From: Candidatus Omnitrophota bacterium
GTDB lineage: Bacteria; Omnitrophota; Gorgyraeia; Zapsychrales; JANLHA01
Length of the DNA: 64,000 nt
Reading direction: 5' to 3'
Assembly (NCBI GenBank): GCA_020632535.1
Contig: JACKFJ010000005.1
Coordinates: 200-64,199, forward strand
The position numbers and the translations under genes are program-made. The notes under the pieces were generated by a model that did not search any database, was not told the origin of the DNA, and saw only the letters and a list, made by a program, of their open reading frames with translations. Shown one piece after another: positions 9,396-19,293 of this stretch. Numbering within the stretch: the first letter of the stretch is position 1; every line of letters begins with the position of its first letter.

Positions 9396-10721
9396 GTGAA
9401 AAAATGTACCCTTATGTTAATGGCCGCCGTGCTTGTATTTTCTCTTCCCGTTTTTGCTAGTGAAAAATTAACTCCAGCTATGACAAACTTTGGGGCTGAA
9501 AAAGCCGGTAACAGTGACGGCACAATCCCGGAGTGGAATGGCGGAATCACAACCCCACCACAGTCCTACAAAGCAAATGGCTTTCACCCCGATCCTTTTG
9601 CCAACGATAAACCGCTATTTACTATTACCGCATCCAATTGGACACAATACAAAGACAAACTATCGGCCGCGCATCAAATGATGTTTGAAACATATCCGGA
9701 TTATCAAATCCCAGTTTACCCCACCCGTCGCAGCGCTTCTACTCCTGATTTTGTTTATGAAGCGCTCAAGTTTAATGCCGAAAATGCGCAATTGACATCT
9801 GATGGCAATGATATCAGCGGTGGCAGAATCACAAGCCCTTTTCCCGTCCCAACAAATGGCCTTGAAGCAATTTGGAATCATTTGCTTCGATACCGCGGCC
9901 AGTCACTTGTACGTAAAGAAGAAGCTGTTGCAGTCGCATCAAAAAATCATTTTATTGTCGCGTCTGGATACAGTTCGATTTTGTTTCCATATAGTTTGCC
10001 GGGAAGTTCATTCGACTCACCGGAGGACACACTCGCATACTATAAACAGAAATTATTTTCTCCGCCGCGTTTAGCTGGAACCTTACTTTTAGTTCATGAA
10101 ATGCTCGATAAAGTAAAAGAAAAAAGACGTTCTTGGCTATATAACCCCGGACAACGCCGAGTCAGCCGCGCGCCATTTATCAATTATGATACTTACGCAC
10201 AGTCAAGCGAAGGCTTGCGCACTTACGATCAATTTGACATGTTTAACGGAGCCACCGACCGCTATAATTGGACACTCGAAGGCAAACAAGAAATATTTGT
10301 TCCCTACAATGCTTACCGCCTTGCGAATAAAAAACTAAACAGAAAAGATATTTTGGACGCTCATTTTCTTAACTCAAATTTTACTCGTTATGAATTGCAT
10401 CGTGTTTGGAAAGTTAGCGCTGTTCTCAAAGAGAACACAAATCATATTTATGCTCGACGAGTATTTTATCTCGATGAGGACAGCTGGCAAATTCTTATCT
10501 GTGAACAATACGATGGCCGTGGAGACCTGTGGCGTTTTTCAGAAGCTCATGTCATTAATTATTATGAAATTCCTGTCCTGCTCTCAACAGCCGATATGCA
10601 TTACGATTTGAAATCCGGTCAATACCTCATGGAGTGGCAAATCGAACCTATAAAGTTTAATACAAACTTAAAAGTTGATGACTTTACTCCCGAAACACTC
10701 AGACAGGAAGGTATTCGCTAG
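9396..10721 (+). CDS. DUF1329 family periplasmic protein (LolA-like, lipoprotein-sorting-like)
   Basis: GTG start preceded by GGAGG. Signal peptide LVFSLPVFAS. Its size (441 aa) and its partnership with DUF1302, BNR and RND genes are typical of DUF1329. Confidence 0.75.
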   Translation: MKKCTLMLMAAVLVFSLPVFASEKLTPAMTNFGAEKAGNSDGTIPEWNGGITTPPQSYKANGFHPDPFANDKPLFTITASNWTQYKDKLSAAHQMMFETYPDYQIPVYPTRRSASTPDFVYEALKFNAENAQLTSDGNDISGGRITSPFPVPTNGLEAIWNHLLRYRGQSLVRKEEAVAVASKNHFIVASGYSSILFPYSLPGSSFDSPEDTLAYYKQKLFSPPRLAGTLLLVHEMLDKVKEKRRSWLYNPGQRRVSRAPFINYDTYAQSSEGLRTYDQFDMFNGATDRYNWTLEGKQEIFVPYNAYRLANKKLNRKDILDAHFLNSNFTRYELHRVWKVSAVLKENTNHIYARRVFYLDEDSWQILICEQYDGRGDLWRFSEAHVINYYEIPVLLSTADMHYDLKSGQYLMEWQIEPIKFNTNLKVDDFTPETLRQEGIR

Positions 10722-10958
10722 GAATATCGAAACATCCTATTTATGAGCCTTGCCCAAACCCATAAAAAGATTTTCTTTGCATTAAACCAAAGATTTCTCC
10801 GCCAAACTCTCCCCCGGAAACGGGAAATGGATCTTGTCATGATGGATCGCGAATAGGTCGATCAATATAAGAAAATGGTGACAACGGCGGATTAGCTGTG
10901 TTGTAGATATTATTATCAATAAAAAGGATAACTCTCTAAGCGGCAAGTAAATATCTTA

Positions 10959-11903
10959 ATGCGGCAACTATCTACATACATCTCTTCCCTCGGGGTCGTC
11001 ATATTCTTGGCGGCAACATTTCTTTTCTGGGAACCTTCTTTCAAGCATCCTCCTAAAATTGATGAGTCAAATCGCGGCGCTTTCTTTGATATTACAAAAT
11101 ATAAAGAAATTGTCATCGCCGTCGGTGAACATGGACGAATCTTATACTCTTGCGATGAAGGTAAAAGTTGGATATCGGCAATTAGCCCGACCAATTTATC
11201 TCTGACAAGTATTTTTCTTCTCAATGACAATCTCGGCTGGATCACAGGATATGACGGCATAATACTCAAAACGGAAAATGGCGGTTTGACATGGACATCT
11301 GTCAAGAATCCCTCAACCACAGAACAACCGCTTTTTGCAATATGGTTTAAAAATGAAAATGTCGGCTTAGCTGTTGGAGCTGACAGCATGGTTTATCGTA
11401 CGAATGATGGTGGGGCACATTGGCAATCGCAAAAACTTAACATGCAAGCACATTTATATTCAATATCGGAAACGGCTGATGGAACAGTTTGGATCAGCGG
11501 CGAAAATCAAGCGCTTTATTTCAGCAAAGATTTAGGAAAAACATGGAAAAAGTTAAAACCTCCCTTTCTAACTTCATTTTTTGGTTCAATTACACTGTCT
11601 GATCAACTACTGACTTTCGGATTACGCGGCCGCGTTTGCACATGGAAAACTTCAGGTTTGGTTGAAAGCAAAACAGAAAGCGACGAAAGCCTTTCGGCTG
11701 GCACGCATCTTGAAGATGGGCGAATTGTCCTAGCTGGTCAACGAGGCAAAATCTTAGTCGGTCAAAAAGATGGTAAATTATTTCATTCTTTAAAAACGCC
11801 TATTAAGGAAGATATTGCTTCTCTCATTGAAACATCGAATTCTCTAATTATAGTCGGAAATTCTGGTATTTACCGTATACTTAAGTCAGAGTTGGGGTTA
11901 TAA
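10959..11903 (+). CDS. BNR/Asp-box beta-propeller protein (Ycf48-like)
   Basis: Four Asp-box motifs (SCDEGKSW, TENGGLTW, TNDGGAHW, SKDLGKTW) after an N-terminal hydrophobic segment. Confidence 0.75.
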   Translation: MRQLSTYISSLGVVIFLAATFLFWEPSFKHPPKIDESNRGAFFDITKYKEIVIAVGEHGRILYSCDEGKSWISAISPTNLSLTSIFLLNDNLGWITGYDGIILKTENGGLTWTSVKNPSTTEQPLFAIWFKNENVGLAVGADSMVYRTNDGGAHWQSQKLNMQAHLYSISETADGTVWISGENQALYFSKDLGKTWKKLKPPFLTSFFGSITLSDQLLTFGLRGRVCTWKTSGLVESKTESDESLSAGTHLEDGRIVLAGQRGKILVGQKDGKLFHSLKTPIKEDIASLIETSNSLIIVGNSGIYRILKSELGL

Positions 11904-11904
11904 A

Positions 11905-13968
11905 ATGTTTAAGCAATACATTCTTCCGCCATTATTACTCGTCGCAGGTCTTACGCTTCTAAGCTTTAAGCCAATCAATATTATTCCAGAATCTGCCCCA
12001 TTGATATCATCACGAGAAATTCAAAATAATTTCATACAATACAAGGAATTTGATCAACGCAATCAAATTTCAGTTATCTTAACGAATACACAGGGTGATA
12101 TTTTTAATCCTACTTTTTTTAAAACGCTGAAAGATTTGGCAGAAGAAATCTTTTATCTACCGGGTGTTGATCGCACCAACATACTTTCATTATTTACAAA
12201 TAATTTGAGCTTCAGAGAAGTCATTGAAGACGGTTTTGCCGGCAAAATGATAATTCCCGAGAATTTTTCAAATTCACAAGCGGAATTTGACGCGGTTAAA
12301 AACAATCTATCCAAATCTCTTTACGTCGGAAAACTTGTCTCTTATGACTATCGCAGCGCTCTGATTTCTGTCCCCTTCTATCGTGCCGAACAAGGCCTGG
12401 AATTGACCCGTCGAATTGAACAACTTTTGCCAAGCAGCGGGAATATTCAATCTTCGCTTCTGGGCATGACACCTTTTATGATCGAAATTAAGAAACAACT
12501 CTCACATTCCATGTTTGCCCTTATCTTCTCATGGTTCATCAGCGTTATTCTTTTTAGTCTAATAACACGCAAAGCTTCCAGTATCTTTTGCCTAATAATT
12601 GCGCCATTGTTGACCATTACACTACAATGCGTCCCCTTTGGCATTTTTAATTTCCCCATCCACCCTTATGTTTTTCCGGTAATCATAACAACTTTTATTT
12701 TATCCTTTACAGATATCGCATGGATCACCTTAAACACGACGAAAATTGATACCCGCGTACCCATATGGTTAACATTACTACCGACCATGAGTCTTTGTTT
12801 TCTGGGTTCGGATTGGGCTTATCAAATTCTCTATCTTGCCATCAGCGGCACTGTTTCCTTATTTATTGTACGGTATTTCTTTTTAAATTCGATTCCCACA
12901 ACTCTAAAAGGATTCAAAATTTCAATAATTTCTTCTGGATTTAAACTATCCCGTGTAATCCGAAAAATAATAATGTTATCCCTATTAATTGCGGGACTGA
13001 CACTTGCGTCCAAAATTGTCATTGGTAATCTCGGAGCTGGATCTTCCATGCTAAGAAATGATAGCCCTTATCTTGAAAAACAACTGTCAATGACCAAAAA
13101 CTTCGCGTTTGCACTCGACTCAATATTAGTTCTAGCAATTTCTCCCGAGAAAGGTTGTACCGATCCAGCCACCGTTAGTGTCGCGGAAGAATTTCACTGG
13201 TCTTTGTCAAATATTCCCGGCGTCCGTACAATATGGAGCCTTGGGAATACTGTAAAGAAAATAAATGCCTTCTATCATGAAAATTATCTCAAGTGGATCA
13301 CTGTCCCACGAGAAAAAGCAACATTGATCGCAAGTACAAGCGTCCTTGATTCACGCAGTGGCTTACTCGATCAATCGGGATTAATTTTCCCAATAACCAT
13401 ATTTCTCGAGAATCATAATCCACAAGTTCTTACGCAAATTTATGAGGGAATTAAAAGTTTTGAATCACCAGACAATCTATTATCCTTTAAAATTGTGGGA
13501 GGAACTGCAGGTACCGAGGCAATTATCAATGAAATGATAAAAGCGTCTTGGAAAATCATTTTACTGATACTTCTCCTTACTTTTTTAGTGATCACACGTT
13601 TTTTCTTTCACGCGCATACCACAATCAATTTATGTTTTCTGTATATAACAATCTTATCGTTGACGCTGGGACTCAGTGTCGTACTTGGCATCAATTTATA
13701 TATTGATACAATCGCAGCGCTCGTTTTATCGTCATGCGTATGCTTTTATTTCTTATGGACTTTGCAAAACATGATCGCGTCACGAAAAAAACTGTCGCAC
13801 ATTCTACTTCTTTTATGCGTGTTAATTTCAGGAGGGCTTTTTTCACAAGTAAATTTTATTTTTCGAACTGCAGGGATCGCTGAATGTATGCTGATTATAA
13901 CTTGGTTGGTAGGATTTAACTTGTTTCCGGTAAAAGAAGATCTTCGGGCGAGACACGCAAAGACTTAA
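11905..13968 (+). CDS. RND superfamily (MMPL-type) transporter
   Basis: 687 aa with two blocks of multiple TM helices, each preceded by a soluble loop. The ATG lies 1 nt after the BNR gene stop. Confidence 0.7.
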   Translation: MFKQYILPPLLLVAGLTLLSFKPINIIPESAPLISSREIQNNFIQYKEFDQRNQISVILTNTQGDIFNPTFFKTLKDLAEEIFYLPGVDRTNILSLFTNNLSFREVIEDGFAGKMIIPENFSNSQAEFDAVKNNLSKSLYVGKLVSYDYRSALISVPFYRAEQGLELTRRIEQLLPSSGNIQSSLLGMTPFMIEIKKQLSHSMFALIFSWFISVILFSLITRKASSIFCLIIAPLLTITLQCVPFGIFNFPIHPYVFPVIITTFILSFTDIAWITLNTTKIDTRVPIWLTLLPTMSLCFLGSDWAYQILYLAISGTVSLFIVRYFFLNSIPTTLKGFKISIISSGFKLSRVIRKIIMLSLLIAGLTLASKIVIGNLGAGSSMLRNDSPYLEKQLSMTKNFAFALDSILVLAISPEKGCTDPATVSVAEEFHWSLSNIPGVRTIWSLGNTVKKINAFYHENYLKWITVPREKATLIASTSVLDSRSGLLDQSGLIFPITIFLENHNPQVLTQIYEGIKSFESPDNLLSFKIVGGTAGTEAIINEMIKASWKIILLILLLTFLVITRFFFHAHTTINLCFLYITILSLTLGLSVVLGINLYIDTIAALVLSSCVCFYFLWTLQNMIASRKKLSHILLLLCVLISGGLFSQVNFIFRTAGIAECMLIITWLVGFNLFPVKEDLRARHAKT

Positions 13969-14971
13969 CCGCGCACTCATCGGCATAACCGACTCGCAAC
14001 AATGTTAAAATTTCCTGAGGCTTAATCCCCAGATGATATTCAACATTTCTTTCCACTTGATCAATTGTATCCCTTTCTTTCTTCGAAAAGAAATCGCGGC
14101 TGATTTTGGTAATATCGACGCTTGACGCGACGATATGAGAACTTAATCCATCCTTATTTAAAAGATTGATAATTTTCTGAATATCCATCCAATCCCGAAC
14201 AAGAACTTCCGCAGAAGTATCTGATTCCTTAAACGCAATAAGCAGTGCTGTTTCGCGCAGTAATTTTCTATGCGATTTTTCAGCCACCTTCTGAGCCAGA
14301 ATACTTTGACCGACCGTCCTCCTAAAAATCTCATTTCGACTAAATCGTAAAAATTGCTGCGAAAAAGATGGGATTTCTAGAACCCGTAAATCTAATCCAC
14401 GACGGCTTTTCTCTGCTTCTTCTGGGGTATAACATAACTGATGAATAATTTCCTTGTTCAGCCCTGAATTTCCCATACGAATTCTCTCTAGCGCGGCACA
14501 ATTATTGATAATAGCCTCACTACTGGTAACATTCAAAACCGCACGGGTTTCACCACCAAAGAGATTCCGAATCTTTTCGAAAACACTAGGTGACAAATAA
14601 TCATCCCGATGTTTTTTACGGTTCGTGTAACGAGACATCACATGCGCAATGTCATACTGAGGAAGAGTTGAAGACTTTTGAAATCTTACTTCACACAAAG
14701 CTTGGTATAAATCAGTTTCACGTGTTTTCAAACGATATGTCATTTCATATTGAAAGTGCTTCGCTCCCTCAGAGAGATTTTGTAATAAAGGCCCTAGCGA
14801 ATAAAAAGGGACTTCTTTAAAATTTTCAAGAAAACCACCCCTGCTATATATTTCGAAAATATAAAGAACATCATTTTTAAATTGAAATTGCCATGGTTGC
14901 CCATTGTAAGGCGATGCCGCCTTAAGGCCAACTCTTAGAATTTCTATTATGTCTTTACGATCCATATGCAA
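13916..14971 (-). CDS. nitroreductase-family protein (two-lobed, Acg-like)
   Basis: The N-terminal LKAASPYNGQPWQF motif is typical of nitroreductase-fold proteins, and the ~350 aa length suggests the duplicated-domain type. The likely real start is ATG at 14965. The 3' end overlaps the RND gene by 53 bp. Confidence 0.55.
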   Translation of the reverse strand: MHMDRKDIIEILRVGLKAASPYNGQPWQFQFKNDVLYIFEIYSRGGFLENFKEVPFYSLGPLLQNLSEGAKHFQYEMTYRLKTRETDLYQALCEVRFQKSSTLPQYDIAHVMSRYTNRKKHRDDYLSPSVFEKIRNLFGGETRAVLNVTSSEAIINNCAALERIRMGNSGLNKEIIHQLCYTPEEAEKSRRGLDLRVLEIPSFSQQFLRFSRNEIFRRTVGQSILAQKVAEKSHRKLLRETALLIAFKESDTSAEVLVRDWMDIQKIINLLNKDGLSSHIVASSVDITKISRDFFSKKERDTIDQVERNVEYHLGIKPQEILTLLRVGYADECAVKSLRVSPEDLLLPETS

Positions 14972-17929
14972 TCATTTAAAAACTTTATCGAGAATGCCCC
15001 CGATGATTTGTGAACCAGAAGATTCCTGCCCTTGTGATGGTGTCTCCTGACCTTCCTCCTGAGCTTTTGAATCAACTTTAATTCCTAAAGCCTTATCTAA
15101 AATATTACCAAGCTCCTTCTTTGCTCCGTGACGAACTGCATTCTTGCCAAGATCTAAAGCAGATTGTGTCACAGAAATTACAGGCATCTGATTTCCCTGT
15201 CCGCTGACATGAACCGGCAAACTAACATTATTATCTTTATCATACAAATACTGCCACTCTTGCGAACTCTGCCCCATAATTTCTGAAAGTTCCGATGTGA
15301 TTATAAATGCGCCGTCCAAATCATACTTTTGATCTAAAGTTGCATCACATTTTCCATTAAAAACAAATTCATCTGCCTCCACAGCGATCGGATTCAATTC
15401 AATATTACTATTTGTAAGCACATAAGTCCCTGAAATAGAATTGATTTGCGTATCAGCATCCGCTAATTTCAATTTATATTTTTCCGGAAGCTTAGCTTCG
15501 ACACGCGCCGCGAAATCCGGGAAAAACGTAATTTTGTCAAAAACCGTTTTAAGCACATTGAGATCCTTTAACCTTGCTTTCGTAACTTCAAACTTCCCAT
15601 CACTGTTAATCGCATTTAAATCCGTGCCCTGTCCTTTTGCGCGAATCGTGGCGGAAACTACCCCAGCAATTTTTACAGGGGCATCGTTCTGGTTGAGAAT
15701 CTCATCCAAATCTAAGCCCGTGATTTCTGTTGTAAAATCAAAAGCTTGGCTCGTGAGATAATCACTGACTCCCACTTTGGCTAAAACTTGTCCTTGACCA
15801 ATCTTTAGTTTTAAATCATCCGCGATCAACTGATTTTCGGTTACCCTAAAATTTGTGGTCATTCCGCTGACTGGAACAGCTAATTCTTTAAGTTTAACTT
15901 CCCAATCTTTTAAAGTAATTTCACTGTCCAAACTCGTCAATCCCTGTACTCCCGCAAAAAGCTCCTTAATATCAATGTCAAGTTGACCCTTAAGAGTTTC
16001 AGGCAAACTAACATCTTTTAGACTAACAATTTTTGTTTTAATCTGTGGCAAAGCAATTTTCGCTAATTCAACTTTAATGGCTGTATCGTTCACCACGACT
16101 TTCTGCGACGGAAGATCCAACTGTACTTTACCGTCAACTTTAATATTTGGTTGATCACTTTCATAACCAAGTAACGCGGAAATAGCAAAAGATTCGGTCA
16201 ATGAGAATTTCTTAAGATCAATCTTGATCGCATTCGCTTCAAAAGAGACTCCAGGAACAACATCCACCATAACGATTTTTCCATTTTGCCATTGTAAATC
16301 AACGTCCATAATCCCCAATCCGTTGGGGGAAACATTTAACTCACGAATTTGTACTTGGAATTTTCCACCAAGAGATTGAGGAAATGGCGTGCCATCTGGA
16401 ACCAAACCTGATACTTTAAAAGGATCAAGGGCAAAGCTGTTCAAATTAATCCCTGTCATCCCATTCTTAACTGTCACTGTCTGTGTTTTTTCATCAAACG
16501 AAACCGCGCCATCAAAAGTAATATTCTGAATTTCACTCAAATAAGATGTTTTTAAGGAAACAGCAAATTGCTTGCCTAAAGAAAAATTGTTAATTTCCAA
16601 ATCTGTCTTATTAATAGCAAACTCGATCCCAGGCATTATATTGTTGAACAAAAACGATCCGCCCTTGACTTTGGCATCTAATAAAATAGACTGCAATCCA
16701 CTTGTAGAGATAACAGTATCTTTAATGGTCGCTTGAACTTTGCCTGACAATTTATCAGGCAAAAGAACATCCTTCAAAAGGGCAACTTGTGATTTTATAT
16801 ATTGAATCGGCCACATTGACAGATCTGTCACAAATTGACCTTCGGTCAAATGGGCAGAAAGAACCTTGTGGTCAACGGCAACGTTAGCTTTAAAATCAAT
16901 ATTCGTTTCGTCTTGATAAAGCGCGGCTTTAACACTCATCTGCGCAACTGCTGAACTATCCGAAGAAAGATTTTCTAAATCCACATCAAGTTTTCGAACG
17001 TCTAAAGAAATACCAGAAACAATATTCGGTGCGATAATCTTGACATTATTAAGATAAAACGCCCCTCCCAATTTAGTAATACCTTTATCAGAAAGCGTTG
17101 CCTCTTTAATCTTTAACTCAACTTCCCCATCCAAAACCTGAGGCAATGGAATACCGGCAAGCATCGACCAATTTTTCATTCGCTCCAAAGGCAAGTGCCC
17201 CAAATCTAAAACCACATTCATATCTGAAAGTTTTAACTCAGTAATGTTTTGCCGCAATTGTGTTTTTCCCTGCAAATGAAAATTCTGTTCTGCCGTCAAT
17301 ATGGCCGCATCAAGCACAATATCAAAAGAATTAACAAAAGAAAAATGCTGAATATCCACCGTTATCTTGCTTATATCCAACTGCAATTGAGGAGACACCG
17401 ATTGATCAATCAAACTCACATCTGCATTCTCAATCTTAAAAGAATTGATCAGAATCGCGGGCAATACCATCGCGGCCGGTGGTTTGCCTGTTGCAGCAGA
17501 CTTATTCACAACCGGTCCTAATGTTTGAATATTTAAAATTCCAGACGCATTGCGAATAATAGCAATGCGAGGAGCAACAATTTGCACGCTTGGAACTGTG
17601 ATTTGGCGGGAAAGGATAAACGCGAGAATATCGACCCCAGCGTTAACTTCTTTAATATGAACAAACGAATTTGTCCCAAAATCAGGATTTTCAGCGATGA
17701 CAAAATCTTCAATATGAAGTCGAATACCTTTTTCTAATGAAACAGTCAAATCAATGGCATTCAAATCAACATTACGACCTAGCGCGTTGCTAGCAGCCGC
17801 GACTATTTGGGGTCGATACTTCTGAATATCAATATTCTTTAAGAAAATAATCCCACCGATAAAAGCTAGGATCATTAAAATCAGAATAACCGATATAACA
17901 ATACCAATAATTTGGAAAAACTTTTTCAT
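14972..17929 (-). CDS. AsmA family protein
   Basis: 985 aa with a single N-terminal TM (IIGIVISVILILMILAFIGGIIF), then a long beta-rich repetitive periplasmic region as in AsmA/TamB-like proteins. Confidence 0.7.
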   Translation of the reverse strand: MKKFFQIIGIVISVILILMILAFIGGIIFLKNIDIQKYRPQIVAAASNALGRNVDLNAIDLTVSLEKGIRLHIEDFVIAENPDFGTNSFVHIKEVNAGVDILAFILSRQITVPSVQIVAPRIAIIRNASGILNIQTLGPVVNKSAATGKPPAAMVLPAILINSFKIENADVSLIDQSVSPQLQLDISKITVDIQHFSFVNSFDIVLDAAILTAEQNFHLQGKTQLRQNITELKLSDMNVVLDLGHLPLERMKNWSMLAGIPLPQVLDGEVELKIKEATLSDKGITKLGGAFYLNNVKIIAPNIVSGISLDVRKLDVDLENLSSDSSAVAQMSVKAALYQDETNIDFKANVAVDHKVLSAHLTEGQFVTDLSMWPIQYIKSQVALLKDVLLPDKLSGKVQATIKDTVISTSGLQSILLDAKVKGGSFLFNNIMPGIEFAINKTDLEINNFSLGKQFAVSLKTSYLSEIQNITFDGAVSFDEKTQTVTVKNGMTGINLNSFALDPFKVSGLVPDGTPFPQSLGGKFQVQIRELNVSPNGLGIMDVDLQWQNGKIVMVDVVPGVSFEANAIKIDLKKFSLTESFAISALLGYESDQPNIKVDGKVQLDLPSQKVVVNDTAIKVELAKIALPQIKTKIVSLKDVSLPETLKGQLDIDIKELFAGVQGLTSLDSEITLKDWEVKLKELAVPVSGMTTNFRVTENQLIADDLKLKIGQGQVLAKVGVSDYLTSQAFDFTTEITGLDLDEILNQNDAPVKIAGVVSATIRAKGQGTDLNAINSDGKFEVTKARLKDLNVLKTVFDKITFFPDFAARVEAKLPEKYKLKLADADTQINSISGTYVLTNSNIELNPIAVEADEFVFNGKCDATLDQKYDLDGAFIITSELSEIMGQSSQEWQYLYDKDNNVSLPVHVSGQGNQMPVISVTQSALDLGKNAVRHGAKKELGNILDKALGIKVDSKAQEEGQETPSQGQESSGSQIIGGILDKVFK

Positions 17930-17992
17930 ACGTAAGGGCTATCTTACCTTTTTTTTATCGTTTTTACAGCGTTTTTTCAACATCCACGACGA

Positions 17993-19267
17993 TTAAACTA
18001 AAACACCAGTTTTGCAGACTTCGCTAAACTTGATGGCACTCTTACGAATCGCACGGGCGTAAGTTTTATAGTCCACGTCAATCAATCCAAACCGTGGGGC
18101 AAATCCTTGATGCCACTCAAAATTATCCAACAAAGACCAATACAAGTATCCACGCACATCTACACCCTGCGCAAGCGCGTGATGCACGCTCTTTAAATGC
18201 TGATCAATAAAATCCCAACGCTGTTCATCGTTTAATGTGCAAATGCCGTTCTCGGCAATAATAACCGGCAAATTATATTTCTTAACTTTCAACAGCAATT
18301 GACTAAGCCCCTTAGGATAAATGTCCCAACCCAATGAATTTTTTTGAATCTCCGGACTATTGTCCTTACCCATCTTTAAGAGCAAATCAAACAGCCCAAT
18401 CTTTTTAACATCTACCATCTGACGGGAATAATAGTTAATACCAATAAAATCCATAGCCTTATGCTTATTAAGACGATCCAATAAGTTGAAATTACAAATT
18501 TTATGTCGTAAATAAATCGCAAATTGGTTCAATAAACTATTCGTAGAAGGTGTCATGGCCTGAACATGCTGCGCAATACCAATCGAAGGCCTTAGCAAAT
18601 TCAATTCTTTATAAATGTCATGCATGCGGCGATATACCTCAAGATGACTCGTCGCAAGATTATCATAGACAATCTTGGCGATCCACCGTGATGTGGATTG
18701 TGGTGGCCATGTTCCGGAAAGATACGAGTGAAATAAATAAATCGTCGGCTCATTGATGGTGATCCAATAATGAACATCTTTTGCGAGCGCTCTCGTCACC
18801 ACATCACAAAAACGGACAAAACAGGAAAGATTTTCCTTTTTTGCCCAACCACCTTTTTTACTAAACCAAATCGGATTGGTAAAATGATGCAGTGTGACTA
18901 AAGGCTCAATTTTACGACGACGCAAAGATTGTATAACGTCACAATAATGTTGCAATTCCTTCTGGGAAAACTTTCCTTCCTCAGGTTCAACACGACTCCA
19001 CTCTACAGACAAACGATGAGCATTGTGGTGTAATCCTTTGGCTAAATCAAAATCCTGTTCATAGAATTCATAATGACGGCAGGCGTCCCCAGAATTTTCT
19101 TTGCCGACCGCTTTTTCCCACACCCACCAATCCGCGTTGGAATTATTTCCTTCAACTTGATACGCAGATGTCGCGGCGCCCCAGAGAAAATCATTTGGAA
19201 ACTTGATCATGGCCTCAATTATACCATCACCCATCACAAATAATCCTCTAAAAATATGTTTGTTCAA
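17993..19267 (-). CDS. glycoside hydrolase family 1 beta-glucosidase
   Basis: FPNDFLWGAATSAYQVEGN, ITINEPTIY (acid/base Glu) and IIAENGIC (nucleophile Glu). Alternative starts at 19234 and 19210. Confidence 0.9.
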   Translation of the reverse strand: MNKHIFRGLFVMGDGIIEAMIKFPNDFLWGAATSAYQVEGNNSNADWWVWEKAVGKENSGDACRHYEFYEQDFDLAKGLHHNAHRLSVEWSRVEPEEGKFSQKELQHYCDVIQSLRRRKIEPLVTLHHFTNPIWFSKKGGWAKKENLSCFVRFCDVVTRALAKDVHYWITINEPTIYLFHSYLSGTWPPQSTSRWIAKIVYDNLATSHLEVYRRMHDIYKELNLLRPSIGIAQHVQAMTPSTNSLLNQFAIYLRHKICNFNLLDRLNKHKAMDFIGINYYSRQMVDVKKIGLFDLLLKMGKDNSPEIQKNSLGWDIYPKGLSQLLLKVKKYNLPVIIAENGICTLNDEQRWDFIDQHLKSVHHALAQGVDVRGYLYWSLLDNFEWHQGFAPRFGLIDVDYKTYARAIRKSAIKFSEVCKTGVLV

Positions 19268-19293
19268 GTCATACTCCCGTGTAAATTAGAAGC

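Noticed and set aside
10743-10856. A 37-codon ATG ORF (MSLAQTHKKIFFALNQRFLRQTLPRKREMDLVMMDRE) in the 237-bp spacer between the DUF1329 and BNR genes.
   Set aside because: It has no SD, no motif and nothing to distinguish it from chance. I noted it only because the spacer is otherwise unexplained.
10916-11389. Long antisense or alternative-frame ORFs in the track: 10916..11389(-), 23553..23981(+), 56086..56442(+), 60016..60438(+), 15441..15761(+), 3022..3408(+), 34383..34742(+) and others.
   Set aside because: Each lies entirely within, and opposite to or out of frame with, a longer ORF that has clear family motifs. Their translations are low-complexity with no motifs. They are shadow ORFs typical of AT-rich DNA.
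13916-13968. Convergent 53-bp overlap of the RND gene 3' end and the nitroreductase-like gene 3' end.
   Set aside because: Both frames are open and both stops are verified (TAA at 13966..13968; TAA on the minus strand at 13918..13916). I see no frameshift signature. Without homologues to align, this is most simply a tolerated tail-to-tail overlap, or a slightly extended C-terminus, rather than a functional element.
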